32,863 nt of DNA from a virus (IMGVR_UViG_3300048599_000105:1-32863); one strand, 5' to 3'. Positions 1-9,709 are shown, counted from the stretch's first letter. Notes: a model not told the origin generated them from the sequence alone. Translations and numbers: made by a program.

Positions 1-149
1 ACGAGGTCGACAAGCATGATAATGAGGACGGCGCCCGCCGCCGTCATATAAGCTTCGGACGGGAACAGAAGCGCCCCGACAGTACCGATGAAAGCGCCGA
101 GGGAGACGACGAGCCCGTCGCTAAAAAGAGTTTTTACGTAGCACCACAT
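1..149 (-). CDS. Probable holin (5' part; runs off the window edge)
   Basis: ATG at 149 preceded by GGAGGAG; MWCYVKTLFSDGLVVSLGAFIGTVGALLFPSEAYMTAAGAVLIIMLVDLV has two hydrophobic helices and a holin-like 'IIMLVD' motif; located after the tail genes. Confidence 0.7.
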   Translation of the reverse strand, partial: MWCYVKTLFSDGLVVSLGAFIGTVGALLFPSEAYMTAAGAVLIIMLVDL

Positions 150-206
150 TGGTATCTCCTCCAAAATAAAAATACCGCTCTCGGCGGCGTTACTAGATGT
201 AGAAGT

Positions 207-226
207 GGGGCGGATTCCTCCGCCCC
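207..226 (-). terminator. GC-rich hairpin after the tail operon (possible terminator)
   Basis: GGGGCGGA-GGAA-TCCGCCCC perfect 8-bp stem with GNRA loop; U-tract is weak. Confidence 0.45.
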
Positions 227-234
227 TGTGTCCG

Positions 235-393
235 CTACTGCCCGAGCGTCCCGCCGTATTCGACGGGGACAAGCTCCGGCATTCCGCACTCGTTGATGAG
301 GATGTTCGCAACCTGGGCCTTGAGTGTCGCCGGTACCTGGTCAAACGTGGTTTTCCCGAGAATGACCCTCTGAGCAAAAAGCATTGCCATCAT
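235..393 (-). CDS. Small tail-associated protein, CD1375/XkdX-like (52 aa)
   Basis: GGAGGT RBS before ATG 393; MMAMLFAQRVILGKTTFDQVPATLKAQVANIL pattern typical of the small genes that follow tail fibre genes in Firmicutes phages. Confidence 0.7.
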   Translation of the reverse strand: MMAMLFAQRVILGKTTFDQVPATLKAQVANILINECGMPELVPVEYGGTLGQ

Positions 394-436
394 GTCTATA
401 CCTCCGATCAAAATAATGATGTATTCGATAAAACGT

Positions 437-721
437 CTAACCATAGACGATCATCGCCATTTCCACGATGCACTCCTCATAGAAGTCCATCATCGTGCTT
501 GTTGCCGCGATCTGTGCGGTAAGCGTCGCGTTTTGCTGCTCAAGCTCCGCGATGCGGTCTGTCGGTTCTGTCGGTAGCTCTGGCGGCATGACGGCAATCA
601 GCGCCTCATACTCCTGCTCTGTTATTTCAATGTAATGAATTTCCGCTGTATCCTCCGGCGTTCCGTTCGTTGCCGTAACGCCCGTCACTGTCCCGCCGCA
701 TATCTCTTTATATAGCTTCAT
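437..721 (-). CDS. Hypothetical tail-fibre-associated protein with C-terminal coiled coil (94 aa)
   Basis: GGAGG RBS, start overlaps the stop of the upstream gene; 'PTEPTDRIAELEQQNATL' pattern typical of XkdW-like fibre chaperone genes. Confidence 0.65.
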   Translation of the reverse strand: MKLYKEICGGTVTGVTATNGTPEDTAEIHYIEITEQEYEALIAVMPPELPTEPTDRIAELEQQNATLTAQIAATSTMMDFYEECIVEMAMIVYG

Positions 722-1389
722 TTGTATACCTCCGCCGTCCATTTCCCCTCAAGAGACTTCGCCGATCCTGATGTATTGTAAAAGGTAAACACGATATTTG
801 TGGACGTAAAGGTTATGTCATTGAGTCGGATGTACACGCCGAGAGACCCGTAATAATATGTTCCGTCAGTGTCAAGAACGTAGGTACCTTTTTTGCCTTG
901 CCACGGTCTGAAAACTGTTGACCCATTTGTAAATGAGCCAGATATAGAAAAATCGTAGGTTGATCCGTTGTAGGTAATGTCTATGATTACCCCGTAATTA
1001 CCCGCTACACCCACATGATGAAGCCTTACACGCGACGGGACTTTGCCTAAGCCGTGAGGCAGCGATTTTTGAAGCTGTGTCGTTGCGGCGATGCTGTTTG
1101 TCCATGTCGCCGAGTCGATCTCCGCCGGATAGTGAATTGTTTTCAATGCGGCAAAAGCTTTATCCGGCGTCGGTTCTCCCGTAAAAGTAAATCCAAACTC
1201 CGCCTGAAGCGCTGTGACGGTCGGGTCGCTGAGGATGTTGGCTTTGTTGAGCGTATCCCCTTCCTCGCTGGGGTCATCCTCTTTTTTGATGTACAGATAT
1301 TCGACTAGCTCCTCCGTTTCGTCGTATACCCCGTACCGGATCGCACCGTTTGAAAGAACGTAATTAGGGTTTGATGCTCTGTCTTTCAT
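718..1389 (-). CDS. Putative tail fibre / receptor-binding protein (223 aa)
   Basis: N-terminal 'DDPSEEGDTLNKANIL' baseplate-anchor motif; beta-rich aromatic C-terminal domain; position in the tail module. Confidence 0.65.
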   Translation of the reverse strand: MKDRASNPNYVLSNGAIRYGVYDETEELVEYLYIKKEDDPSEEGDTLNKANILSDPTVTALQAEFGFTFTGEPTPDKAFAALKTIHYPAEIDSATWTNSIAATTQLQKSLPHGLGKVPSRVRLHHVGVAGNYGVIIDITYNGSTYDFSISGSFTNGSTVFRPWQGKKGTYVLDTDGTYYYGSLGVYIRLNDITFTSTNIVFTFYNTSGSAKSLEGKWTAEVYK

Positions 1390-1856
1390 AAATAGTCACC
1401 TCCGCAGACGGCAGAGCCGCAACGCTGAAAGTTAGCGACCATGCTGTTAATATTTGCATCAATCTCCATGAGCAGCCGCTCGGCAGCGTTTGCGATATCG
1501 ACCGTGAAATATTCACACGCCGCCGGCAAGTCCTCAGTCCCGTAAAAAACGTCCTTGAGCGCCTGGAGGTCTGCCAAATATGCGGCCCGCTCCGTGGCGT
1601 TCGGCTCATAGCCCTCCGGCCAATCGCTTCGGCCCGTGATCGTGACGGCGTATCCGTAGCCATTCAGGAGGCCGGCCAGGTAAGAGACTGCCGCTCCGAC
1701 CCTGTTATAGTCGGTGTCGGAATAGCAGCCCTTGAGCGACGTGTTGTCGTACTCGTCCTGTTCCGCCGCCGTCATGTCCTCGTACCTTTTTGACAGAAGC
1801 GCGATTGCGTGGGCGACGTCCTCCGCCGTGCGGTCTGTGATTAAGCTCAGGCTCAT
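1386..1856 (-). CDS. Minor tail / baseplate protein (156 aa, start MSLSLITDRT)
   Basis: AGGGGG RBS before ATG 1856; 'LITDRTxEDV...KGCYSDTDYNRV' pattern; the upstream 92 codons of the ORF-track call overlap the previous gene and are spurious. Confidence 0.7.
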   Translation of the reverse strand: MSLSLITDRTAEDVAHAIALLSKRYEDMTAAEQDEYDNTSLKGCYSDTDYNRVGAAVSYLAGLLNGYGYAVTITGRSDWPEGYEPNATERAAYLADLQALKDVFYGTEDLPAACEYFTVDIANAAERLLMEIDANINSMVANFQRCGSAVCGGDYL

Positions 1857-1867
1857 AACGCGCCCCC

Positions 1868-4045
1868 TTACTTGTCGTACATGACGATGATTGCGCCTTT
1901 GCCTCCGGGCGCTCCGTCGCCTCCGGGGAAAGGCCCGCCGATAGACCATGTTGTAATGTTTCCCTCGGCGTCCTGTGTCTGCGCAATGAGGATTCCGCGC
2001 CCACCACCGCCGCCGCCGCCGCCGTCTCCCGTGTTGGCTCCGCCCGGCGTCCCGTCTTTTTTTGTGAATTGGTACGGTTCCCCGTCCGTTCCGTCGCGCC
2101 CGTAGACGTTTCCCGATAATATGTCCGTCCACCCGTTCAGGCGCTCCCCATCCTCTGAGGAATGCCCCGCCAGCGTCGTCGCTCCACCCGGCAGTCCTGC
2201 CAATCCGCCGTCGCCGATGACGGCAGAAAGCGCGGCCCCGATAGTCGTCGATATATCGATCTCGCGGATCTTACCGCCGAGGCCCTTGACGCCCGGCGCC
2301 CCGTGAATCGGATACGGGCCTACAGGACTGTTGCCGTATGAGCCGTCCTCGCCGTCCGTTCCGCCGTCACCGGCCTGAATCAGGATGACATGAAGCGTCC
2401 CGGCCGGCGCGATATACGTCCCGGTTTCGGTGATATAGTCGATGTTCGTGTAAATCTTGTCACCCGTCGCCTGGACAAGGATGGATTTAACGCCCCGCAT
2501 GATGCTGCGCTCGTTGAGCTTATACTCTTGGTATTTTCGCCGTCCGCCCGCCGTGTCCCCGAGGCCGAGCGCCGCGATATCGAGGTCTCCGATTTCCGAA
2601 CGCATATCACCCCGGCCCATGATCTCGTATCTGTTACCTCCGAATTGACGCAGGATGTACCGCGCCACCGTGTCCGCCTGGGTTGTTGTTTTTATGAATG
2701 GGTTCGATATCGATAGCGTTTTGCTTGCCGCTTTGATCGTCCCGTCAACGGTGTGCTTTGTTTTTCCGACGTCGTTGATCTGGAATGTAATGCTCGCGAT
2801 ATCCTCATTGTCGCTCTGCTTTGGGACTTCGGTCATCTGCCCGAGCGGTATTGTCGTCCCGCCGCTCTCCGGCGGTGGCGCTACCTTGAGATACCCCGTC
2901 GCATCGTCCGCTTTCGGATACGACGACGTCGCCATGCAGACGTACCGCAGGAGGTTTCCGCAAGTGATGTTTGCCACGTCGGTCGCCGTCAGCGTGAGCG
3001 CGGTTGAGGCGATGGACGCGTCGATGATATACCTCCCGGCGAAATTATCGCCGAGCTGCAGCACGATTGATGCGATCCACCCCTCCGCCGTCGTCGGGAG
3101 CACGGCAGGCGGGTTATACTTTCTGCTCGCTAAAAGCCCAATGATGTCCACGAGCTTGAATTTCATCGTCAGGCCCCGGCGTCCCGTCTCCCAGCCTCCG
3201 TTTTGCTGATAATAAACGCCTTTAGCTATGTATTCGACGGTGCCGTCCGGCAGCGTCGGGCCGATATACAGCGGGATGCCCTGACGTTCCTTGATGGACA
3301 GAAAAAGGCCGGATTTGTTTCTCCGGTCAAAGCGCATATTTTTGTTTCTGATTTCGAGGACAGCCGTCCCATAAGGGAGCGACATACATGAAAAATCGGC
3401 CTCCTGAGATATGGACAGCGTGTAAATCGTGTCGTTGTACCATTTTTCATAAATGCCCGGTATGATTTCTGTGAGTCTCGCGTAGCGCTTCGGGAGACTC
3501 CATTTTGTGACTGTCACTTTCAGCGCCGTCACCGAATAGACGGTAAAGCCCTCGAAGTATACCGCCACCGCCTTATTCCCCGTGACGGTCTCCGTATGCG
3601 CGAGGCTTGCCCCGCTGTAGATTTCCAGTGTGAAGTCGACGCCGACCCCGTCCCCTGTGTTCCCCGGAAACGCGACCGCCGCCGCCTGGAGGATGTCGCA
3701 GTTTGTCACCGGCATGACGATGTATTGCGGCGTCGCAAACGTCCCGTCGGCCCCGCTCATAGCGTTCATTTTGACGCCGTATTCTCCCGTGATCGCTCCC
3801 GCGCTGTCCGGCAGCCCCGCCCATGTGCCGTCTAAAATGCAGCGGTTTCGCTCCATGGACATGTATTTTGTGCCGCCGAGTATTTTGTTGTGAAGCTGCT
3901 CCGGCTTACTGAAAGCGCCGAGCCCGCTCGACGTCACTTCACTGTAAACGATGTCCGGGGCGACAAGATCGAAAAGCGCCGACCGCATGAGGCGGCGGGC
4001 GCTTCCGACAATGGCGGCGGCTGCCGCTGTTGAAGCATTATTCAA
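1868..4045 (-). CDS. Large minor tail protein (hub/Tal-like) with glycine-rich C-terminal domain (~725 aa)
   Basis: TTG start at 4045 with GGAGG RBS; follows the Dit-like gene; C-terminus rich in GGxGG motifs. Confidence 0.75.
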   Translation of the reverse strand: MNNASTAAAAAIVGSARRLMRSALFDLVAPDIVYSEVTSSGLGAFSKPEQLHNKILGGTKYMSMERNRCILDGTWAGLPDSAGAITGEYGVKMNAMSGADGTFATPQYIVMPVTNCDILQAAAVAFPGNTGDGVGVDFTLEIYSGASLAHTETVTGNKAVAVYFEGFTVYSVTALKVTVTKWSLPKRYARLTEIIPGIYEKWYNDTIYTLSISQEADFSCMSLPYGTAVLEIRNKNMRFDRRNKSGLFLSIKERQGIPLYIGPTLPDGTVEYIAKGVYYQQNGGWETGRRGLTMKFKLVDIIGLLASRKYNPPAVLPTTAEGWIASIVLQLGDNFAGRYIIDASIASTALTLTATDVANITCGNLLRYVCMATSSYPKADDATGYLKVAPPPESGGTTIPLGQMTEVPKQSDNEDIASITFQINDVGKTKHTVDGTIKAASKTLSISNPFIKTTTQADTVARYILRQFGGNRYEIMGRGDMRSEIGDLDIAALGLGDTAGGRRKYQEYKLNERSIMRGVKSILVQATGDKIYTNIDYITETGTYIAPAGTLHVILIQAGDGGTDGEDGSYGNSPVGPYPIHGAPGVKGLGGKIREIDISTTIGAALSAVIGDGGLAGLPGGATTLAGHSSEDGERLNGWTDILSGNVYGRDGTDGEPYQFTKKDGTPGGANTGDGGGGGGGGRGILIAQTQDAEGNITTWSIGGPFPGGDGAPGGKGAIIVMYDK

Positions 4046-4412
4046 GCGCGGCGACCTCCTCCAGCGTAAAGACGTAATTGTGCCAGTACGGGACATTTCC
4101 TTTCTCAAACGCGAGCGTCGGCTCCGGCCACTTTTCACATTTGAACGTCCCGACCTTGATCTCGTTTGCCTCCGTGTCAAGATAGATGACGTCGAGATTG
4201 TCGTGTGTTCTAAGGTCTCTCAGACATGCGGCTCTCAGCGCGTCCTCAAAATACTCATAAGCGTAGTCAATGGCGACGGACTGCGGGCCGAGCTCGTAGA
4301 CGATCGATCCGTCCGCCATCTTGATTTTTTCCGAATCGTCTTTGATGTAACACTTATAAGCGTCTTTTATGGCGACCGGGTATGTCGTGCCGTTGATGAT
4401 TAACTGTACCAT
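4038..4412 (-). CDS. Distal tail protein-like (124 aa)
   Basis: Immediately downstream of the tape measure gene; AGGAGG RBS; beta-strand pattern. Confidence 0.65.
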   Translation of the reverse strand: MVQLIINGTTYPVAIKDAYKCYIKDDSEKIKMADGSIVYELGPQSVAIDYAYEYFEDALRAACLRDLRTHDNLDVIYLDTEANEIKVGTFKCEKWPEPTLAFEKGNVPYWHNYVFTLEEVAALE

Positions 4413-4423
4413 TTGCCGGCCTC

Positions 4424-7400
4424 CTAAAAATCTGGCGTGATCTCCGGTGATGATTTTGATACTTCTCGGAGATCCGGGAGAATAGCGCGGGCGAATTCCG
4501 TGCTGTTGATGATGAATTTTATTTCTGCCGGGATCTGGAGCAATTTTAGAGTGTCTTTCAACCCCTCGAATGCTGTCGAAAGAGTATTGTTTTCCCCGTC
4601 TTGAATACGGTATCCGTCTTCCCTCTTGAACCTAAAATCCGGCCTTTTTCCCAGCGCAACCGCATCTTCCGGTAAAGTTTGCTTTTGCTCCTGTTGCGGC
4701 TCTGAAAAATTGAATGCCGTCGTAAATCCGTTAATTGCTTCGCGGGCAATACTTTTGTACGTCTCTCCTACCGCTTTTCTCATGCTCTCCGCGCCGGCTA
4801 TGAGGCCCTCAAAATCGAATTTTCCGACCTCTGCCATCGTTTTTGACGGCGACGCCTGATTCATGACCGCTTTATACGCCGTGAGCGCGGCGGTCGCGAG
4901 GGATGTATATTTGTCGGCGAGCGCTTGCTTTTGGCTTTCCGCTCCGAGGATAAGCCCCTGGATATTGTCCACTCCGATGACGTATGTCTGTGTCTTGACG
5001 TTCATCTCGCCGATCGCGTTGTTGAGGTCGACGGTGAGCGCTGTCATTTGTTCCTTGAAATCTGTCTCCATTTCGGCGACGGTTTTTGAAAAGGCTTCCT
5101 TGCCCTCCTCGACCTTTTTGAATTCCTCATTAAGCATAGGAATCTTTTTGCCGCCATCGGCGACGATCGCCGCGAGGATCTGTGCGGACTGCTCCGAGCC
5201 GTCCGACAGTTTTTTTACGAGGCCCTCATCGACGCCGATTTCCATCGCCTTTTTAATGTTCTCGTTATAGGTGGTCATATAGTCCACCTGACCCGAGAGC
5301 GTTTTAATCAGGTTGTCGATGCTCGTTTTCGCCGTGCCGTCGAGCTCGTTGAAAAGCCCGAGCTGCTGGTTGATGCTGTTATACGCTTTTTCCTTTGCCG
5401 CGTCATACTGCGCGGCGAGCGTCGTCATCTGTGTCGTGAGGCTCTTGACCCGCTCCTCCATGGAAGTGGTCGATGCGCCGCCGCCGCCCTCGTCCGCGCC
5501 TTTGAGAAGACTGTTCACAACATCCAAAGAGACGCCTAACTCTGTTGCTATTTGCTGAGCCGTCATTCCTGTGGCGGCAAGCCCCTTTATCGCGGTGACG
5601 TCCTCGTCTATCGACGCTTTGTTTTCGTTGAATTTCTGCGTCGAATTGTCCGTGACGCCGGCCAACCCGTCAAACCCGATGATTGTCCCGTTGACGGCTA
5701 TGCCAAGAAGCGCCACCTGTTCCGCTTGCTTCATCAGTTCACTTGTAGACGCTCCGTTTATGAGCATGTCCGCGAGCTTCTGTTGCGCCTCCAGGTGCAG
5801 TAAGGTCGCGTCCGTTTGAATGTTTGTCACGCTTGTGGTTTCGTCGATAAGGCCCTTTTGCTTTTCAAGATCGGCGGCATAGCTTGAAGCCTTGAGAAGC
5901 AGTTGAGACGTGAGGAGCTTTTTTTCTGCCTCGGCGAGCGCCCCATATTTTGAAATCTGCTCGTCGAGCGTCCCGTTCTCCTCGGCGACCGCGCTGATAA
6001 GCCCGTCAGACAACTCAATGAGCTTTTGCTTCACCGTGGCAAGCTCCGACTGCGCGTCTTTTAATTCCCCGGAGGATAGCGTCCCGCTCTCGATGTTTCG
6101 TGTGAGCGTCTGATACCGCTTTATAAGCTCCGCAGTCTGGTCTTTTTCCGCGATCTCCGCGTTGATGTCGGATACCGATTGTTGTGCCGGTATGAGCTTC
6201 CCGACGATTTCTCCGACATAGGCCTGGGCCTGCTGCTTCGTGTGATCGAGCGCGTCTCCCACCATGTCGAGGCCCCGGACGGCGTCCTCTGACATGACGG
6301 CGCCCGTGTCTTTGGCCTTTTGCATGAGGGTGTTGAGCTCGTCCGACCCGGCTTTTATAAGCGGATTTAACTCCGTGGCGGATTTCCCGAATATCTGCAT
6401 AGCCAGGGCGTCCCGCTCAGTTTCGTTACCGACCTTACCCAGGGCGTCAAGCATTTCAAAAAACACTGTTTTTGAGTCTCGGAGCGCCCCCGTCGCCGGG
6501 TCGACAGCGTCAACTTTCAGCGTTTTGAATGCTTCTGTGTATTCCTTGCCGCCGTCGCGAGCCTCGTCCATCGATTTTGTCAGCTTTTTTTGTGCCGCTT
6601 CGATGGTATCCAGTGATGCGCCGGTGTCGTCCGCCACATATTGCAGCTGCTGAAGCTCCTCGACGGAGCGCCCCGACACGTCCGACATTTTTAGGAGCTC
6701 GTCAGACGTCTCAATTGCGCCCCGGACGAGGCTTTTCAGTGCGTTCCATGCCGCCGATATACCCTGTGAAATAAGGTTTGCGGCGACGCCGCCAGCCGTG
6801 AAAGCTTTTTGCAGGACAGACATTTTTTCTGACGCCGTCTGTGTCTCATCCCCGGCCTGTTTAACCTGTTTCCCGTATCGGTCGATAGATGTCGCGCACC
6901 CGTCCGCCGACGTTTTGGCCTCAGTCAGGTGCTTTTTGTTTTCCTGAACCTCTCTCGACAGCTTATTAAGCTCAACCTCGGCGTTGTTGACCTGGCGCTG
7001 ATAGTCGTTGACGGTGTTCGCCGCTGCCCGCTGCTCCCGCTCGCTGTCCGCGAGCGTCTTTTGCATCGTGGAGAGCTCATTTTCTAGCTTTTTGACCTCC
7101 TCGGCCCCGTTATCGACGGAGCGTATGAGGTTCCCGTTTTCGTCGTAAAACTTGATCGTACCGTCTGTGGACTCGGCGAGCTTGTTTTTATACTCCTCAA
7201 TGACGTCCTTTTGCGCCGAGACGCTTTCGGCGAGGGCCGCGCCCCGCTCCGTGGCGCTCTGCTGGGCTTCCTGGGCCGCGTTGAGCCGCTCCGTGAACAG
7301 CGCAAGCTTTTGGCTTTGCGCCTCATACTGGCGCTGCAGGACGTCGCCTTTAGCGGTGAGCGCCTCCATACTGTTCGCATTGTCAGCAAAGCGGCTCTCG

Positions 7401-7516
7401 ACGAGCTTCAGTTCCGAGCCGAGCGTCTTGATCTCTCCGTTGACGGAGGACATTTTTGATTTATATTCCGCCTCGCCCTCCAGCGTCAGGCGCGTCGATA
7501 TCGATCTGACCGGCAT
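4424..7516 (-). CDS. Tail tape measure protein (1030 aa)
   Basis: Long Ala/Glu/Lys-rich helical protein, N-terminal 'RLTLEGEAEYK', 'ALAMQIFGKSATELNPLI' and C-terminal 'ASPSKTM' motifs; follows the tail chaperone genes. Confidence 0.95.
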   Translation of the reverse strand: MPVRSISTRLTLEGEAEYKSKMSSVNGEIKTLGSELKLVESRFADNANSMEALTAKGDVLQRQYEAQSQKLALFTERLNAAQEAQQSATERGAALAESVSAQKDVIEEYKNKLAESTDGTIKFYDENGNLIRSVDNGAEEVKKLENELSTMQKTLADSEREQRAAANTVNDYQRQVNNAEVELNKLSREVQENKKHLTEAKTSADGCATSIDRYGKQVKQAGDETQTASEKMSVLQKAFTAGGVAANLISQGISAAWNALKSLVRGAIETSDELLKMSDVSGRSVEELQQLQYVADDTGASLDTIEAAQKKLTKSMDEARDGGKEYTEAFKTLKVDAVDPATGALRDSKTVFFEMLDALGKVGNETERDALAMQIFGKSATELNPLIKAGSDELNTLMQKAKDTGAVMSEDAVRGLDMVGDALDHTKQQAQAYVGEIVGKLIPAQQSVSDINAEIAEKDQTAELIKRYQTLTRNIESGTLSSGELKDAQSELATVKQKLIELSDGLISAVAEENGTLDEQISKYGALAEAEKKLLTSQLLLKASSYAADLEKQKGLIDETTSVTNIQTDATLLHLEAQQKLADMLINGASTSELMKQAEQVALLGIAVNGTIIGFDGLAGVTDNSTQKFNENKASIDEDVTAIKGLAATGMTAQQIATELGVSLDVVNSLLKGADEGGGGASTTSMEERVKSLTTQMTTLAAQYDAAKEKAYNSINQQLGLFNELDGTAKTSIDNLIKTLSGQVDYMTTYNENIKKAMEIGVDEGLVKKLSDGSEQSAQILAAIVADGGKKIPMLNEEFKKVEEGKEAFSKTVAEMETDFKEQMTALTVDLNNAIGEMNVKTQTYVIGVDNIQGLILGAESQKQALADKYTSLATAALTAYKAVMNQASPSKTMAEVGKFDFEGLIAGAESMRKAVGETYKSIAREAINGFTTAFNFSEPQQEQKQTLPEDAVALGKRPDFRFKREDGYRIQDGENNTLSTAFEGLKDTLKLLQIPAEIKFIINSTEFARAILPDLREVSKSSPEITPDF

Positions 7517-7675
7517 TATTCCTCATCCTCCTGTTTTACGCCGTAGGCCTGTAAATAAAGCTCATATTGGTCGCTGACTTCACCGACGGTCAGGTACACC
7601 ATCGCTTCACGCGCCGAGATCCCGCAGACGGCGCCCCAGCGCAAAAAATGAGCTTTCGTTATCGTGTTTTTTTTT
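7516..7675 (-). CDS. Tail assembly chaperone -1 frameshift extension (gpGT-like C-terminal part)
   Basis: The -1 frame is open from the A9 run (7667-7675) as NTITKAHFLRWGAVCGISAREAMVYLTVGEVSDQYELYLQAYGVKQEDEE*; its TAA overlaps the tape-measure ATG (TAATG). Confidence 0.8.
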
Positions 7676-8048
7676 GATTAAGTTCGGCGAGGACGAGATC
7701 GACCTCCCCGTTTTCCGGTTCGATTTCGCGCCCGTACCCGAGCGTGATCGCTTGCGGCACGGCGATCTTGAAGTCTAAAATGTCGTTTGGCATGGCGACC
7801 CGCCCGAGCTTTTCCTTTGTCGGGATTTCCCCGGCTTCGTAGCCCGCGTACCGGCGGGCAAGCTCACCCTGCTCCGCTAAAATAAAAACGGCGTCACACA
7901 GCGCCGCGAATGCTTCTTTTGTATCTTCTTTTATTATGTTAAGCAGTTCGGACGCGCTGCCGAATTGCTCCTCGATCTCAAACATTGCCGCGCCGTTGAA
8001 CAAAAGGTGAAGCTCAAGCCCCGAAATCGTTACCTTGACGCATTTCAT
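7659..8048 (-). CDS. Tail assembly chaperone (gpG-like, 129 aa)
   Basis: GGAGG RBS before ATG 8048; lies between major tail and tape measure genes; ends in a slippery A run. Confidence 0.8.
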   Translation of the reverse strand: MKCVKVTISGLELHLLFNGAAMFEIEEQFGSASELLNIIKEDTKEAFAALCDAVFILAEQGELARRYAGYEAGEIPTKEKLGRVAMPNDILDFKIAVPQAITLGYGREIEPENGEVDLVLAELNQKKTR

Positions 8049-8071
8049 TATGCAAACCTCCAAACGTGGAA

Positions 8072-8097
8072 CAGGGCGGAGCAAAAAGCCCCGCCCT
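8072..8097 (-). terminator. Hairpin between major tail and chaperone genes
   Basis: AGGGCGGGGC-TTTTT-GCTCCGCCCT stem (one G-U pair) on the minus strand. Confidence 0.5.
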
Positions 8098-8111
8098 TGT
8101 TACCCGTGATT

Positions 8112-8903
8112 TTAGGAATAAATCAGCGCGATTTTGTGCGCCGCCGATACCGTTGCGATGGTGTATTTTCCGGCGGCGATGGACGCCGTCACGTCGGAGC
8201 CGTTGTCGTAAAGCTTCGTCGCGGTGCCCGCGATTGTGAGCTCAAAAGCTTCCCCGCTGGCGACCATCGTGACGCCGGCCGGCGACCCGGACTCTCCGGC
8301 GCCCGCGCCGTTGACCTGGACATCGACCGCGTACCATGTCGCGATACCGAGATAGTTTTGAACATAGCCCATTGCCGACGCAAAGGTGCTGAATTCCTTG
8401 TTGACCTCCCACTCGTCATAGAGCGGTTCAAAGATCGTCGCCGAAAAATCATGCGTATCGAGGGTGACGTTCCCGCCCTTTGTTTTCGAGGACTCGTCAC
8501 CGGGATACGACTGAGTTTTCGGGTTGATGAAAACCTTATAGACTGTCTCGTTGTTGGCGCCGTTTTTTCTGACGACGGTCTGGACATAGCCGGCGCCGCA
8601 GTACGGCGGTTCGTCCGAGCTGCGCTTGCTGAGCTTCCCGTCGACGAGGGTCTGCCCGAATACGACGGCCTGGTTTTCGAGCGAGAATTCCGATAGCTTG
8701 ACACCCAGGTCGCCCGCTTTGAATTTCTTGTATTTGTACTTTACGGTGTCGTCCGCCGGGAGTTCGGCCTCGACATAGCTGATTTTTCTGTCGACCTGGT
8801 TGAGCCCTCCCACCTGGAAACCGGCCCCATATGTCATCGCTGCAGACGCGCTCTCCGTTGCGATCGGCGCGAGTGCAAAATAGGCCGCACCCATTTTTGC
8901 CAT
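8112..8903 (-). CDS. Major tail (tube) protein with C-terminal Ig-like extension (263 aa)
   Basis: Siphovirus tube motifs ('LPADD', 'PPYCGAGY', 'SSKTKG'); ~70-aa beta-rich C-terminal appendage; AGGAGG RBS. Confidence 0.85.
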   Translation of the reverse strand: MAKMGAAYFALAPIATESASAAMTYGAGFQVGGLNQVDRKISYVEAELPADDTVKYKYKKFKAGDLGVKLSEFSLENQAVVFGQTLVDGKLSKRSSDEPPYCGAGYVQTVVRKNGANNETVYKVFINPKTQSYPGDESSKTKGGNVTLDTHDFSATIFEPLYDEWEVNKEFSTFASAMGYVQNYLGIATWYAVDVQVNGAGAGESGSPAGVTMVASGEAFELTIAGTATKLYDNGSDVTASIAAGKYTIATVSAAHKIALIYS

Positions 8904-8921
8904 AATATTAACCTCCTGTAA

Positions 8922-9377
8922 TTATTCTTCGTTTTCGACGTGTTCGTCGTGGATTTTCTGCGCCGCGTCGAGCGCGCGCGGGGACGCTGAGCGGTTCGCT
9001 TGCCATATAAAACCGCGAGCCCGCATTTTTTCGCCGCCCTCCCCGCCGATGCCGTATTCGTTGAGATAGGCGATTTCCGCCGCCCGCTTCCCGTCTGGCC
9101 TAGTCCCCTTAAATCGCACCTGAATATACCAGGTTCCGTCCCGCTCATATGGATTGCCGACGACGATGCTGTCGGCGGTGTATCCTTTTGACATACCCTT
9201 TTCATTGAGCATCGACCCGGCGTTTTTGCGCTGCTCCTCGGCGACGATCTCGGCCTGGGCCCGGAGCATTTTATGGATGACCTCCGGCGGCAGTCCCTCA
9301 TGTTTTTTTTGCACACGGAGCTTTGTATAAGCCGCGTCTCCGTTGGTGTGGTCGACCTCGACGGAAAACCGCGCCAT
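8922..9377 (-). CDS. HK97 gp10-like tail completion protein (151 aa)
   Basis: 'AEIAYLNEYG...KMRARGFI' motif; TGATG coupling with the upstream gene. Confidence 0.75.
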   Translation of the reverse strand: MARFSVEVDHTNGDAAYTKLRVQKKHEGLPPEVIHKMLRAQAEIVAEEQRKNAGSMLNEKGMSKGYTADSIVVGNPYERDGTWYIQVRFKGTRPDGKRAAEIAYLNEYGIGGEGGEKMRARGFIWQANRSASPRALDAAQKIHDEHVENEE

Positions 9378-9709
9378 CAGTCCGCCCCCGCGATCCCCAG
9401 CGCCTCGCACTCGAATATATGGCGCTGGCCATTAGCGTCCGTGGCTTCATGGTATTTCGGCCACGATCCCGTTGCGGCGAAAAGCACCGCCTTGATTGCC
9501 CGCCGTTTACCGAGGACGTTGACGCCTAGCGGCGCGGATAACTCAACCTGGACAAGATGAACCTCGTGCTCCGGCGCGTTGTCCGCGAAGTTATCCGGGG
9601 ACGACGCGTAGCTGAACACGATATAGATCGGCTCCGTGCCGCTGTAGCTGCCGGCCTCCGCCGGCGCGATCGGCGTCAGCGCGGTTTCGAGAATCCCGCT
9701 CAGGCTCAT
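9377..9709 (-). CDS. Putative tail terminator / completion protein (110 aa)
   Basis: 'YIVF...FADN...VQVEL' pattern; position in the neck module. Confidence 0.65.
   Translation of the reverse strand: MSLSGILETALTPIAPAEAGSYSGTEPIYIVFSYASSPDNFADNAPEHEVHLVQVELSAPLGVNVLGKRRAIKAVLFAATGSWPKYHEATDANGQRHIFECEALGIAGAD

Noticed and set aside
235-1389. Diversity-generating retroelement targeting the fibre gene
   Set aside because: No reverse transcriptase and no template/variable repeat pair differing at adenines is visible in the window; an element acting in trans cannot be excluded.
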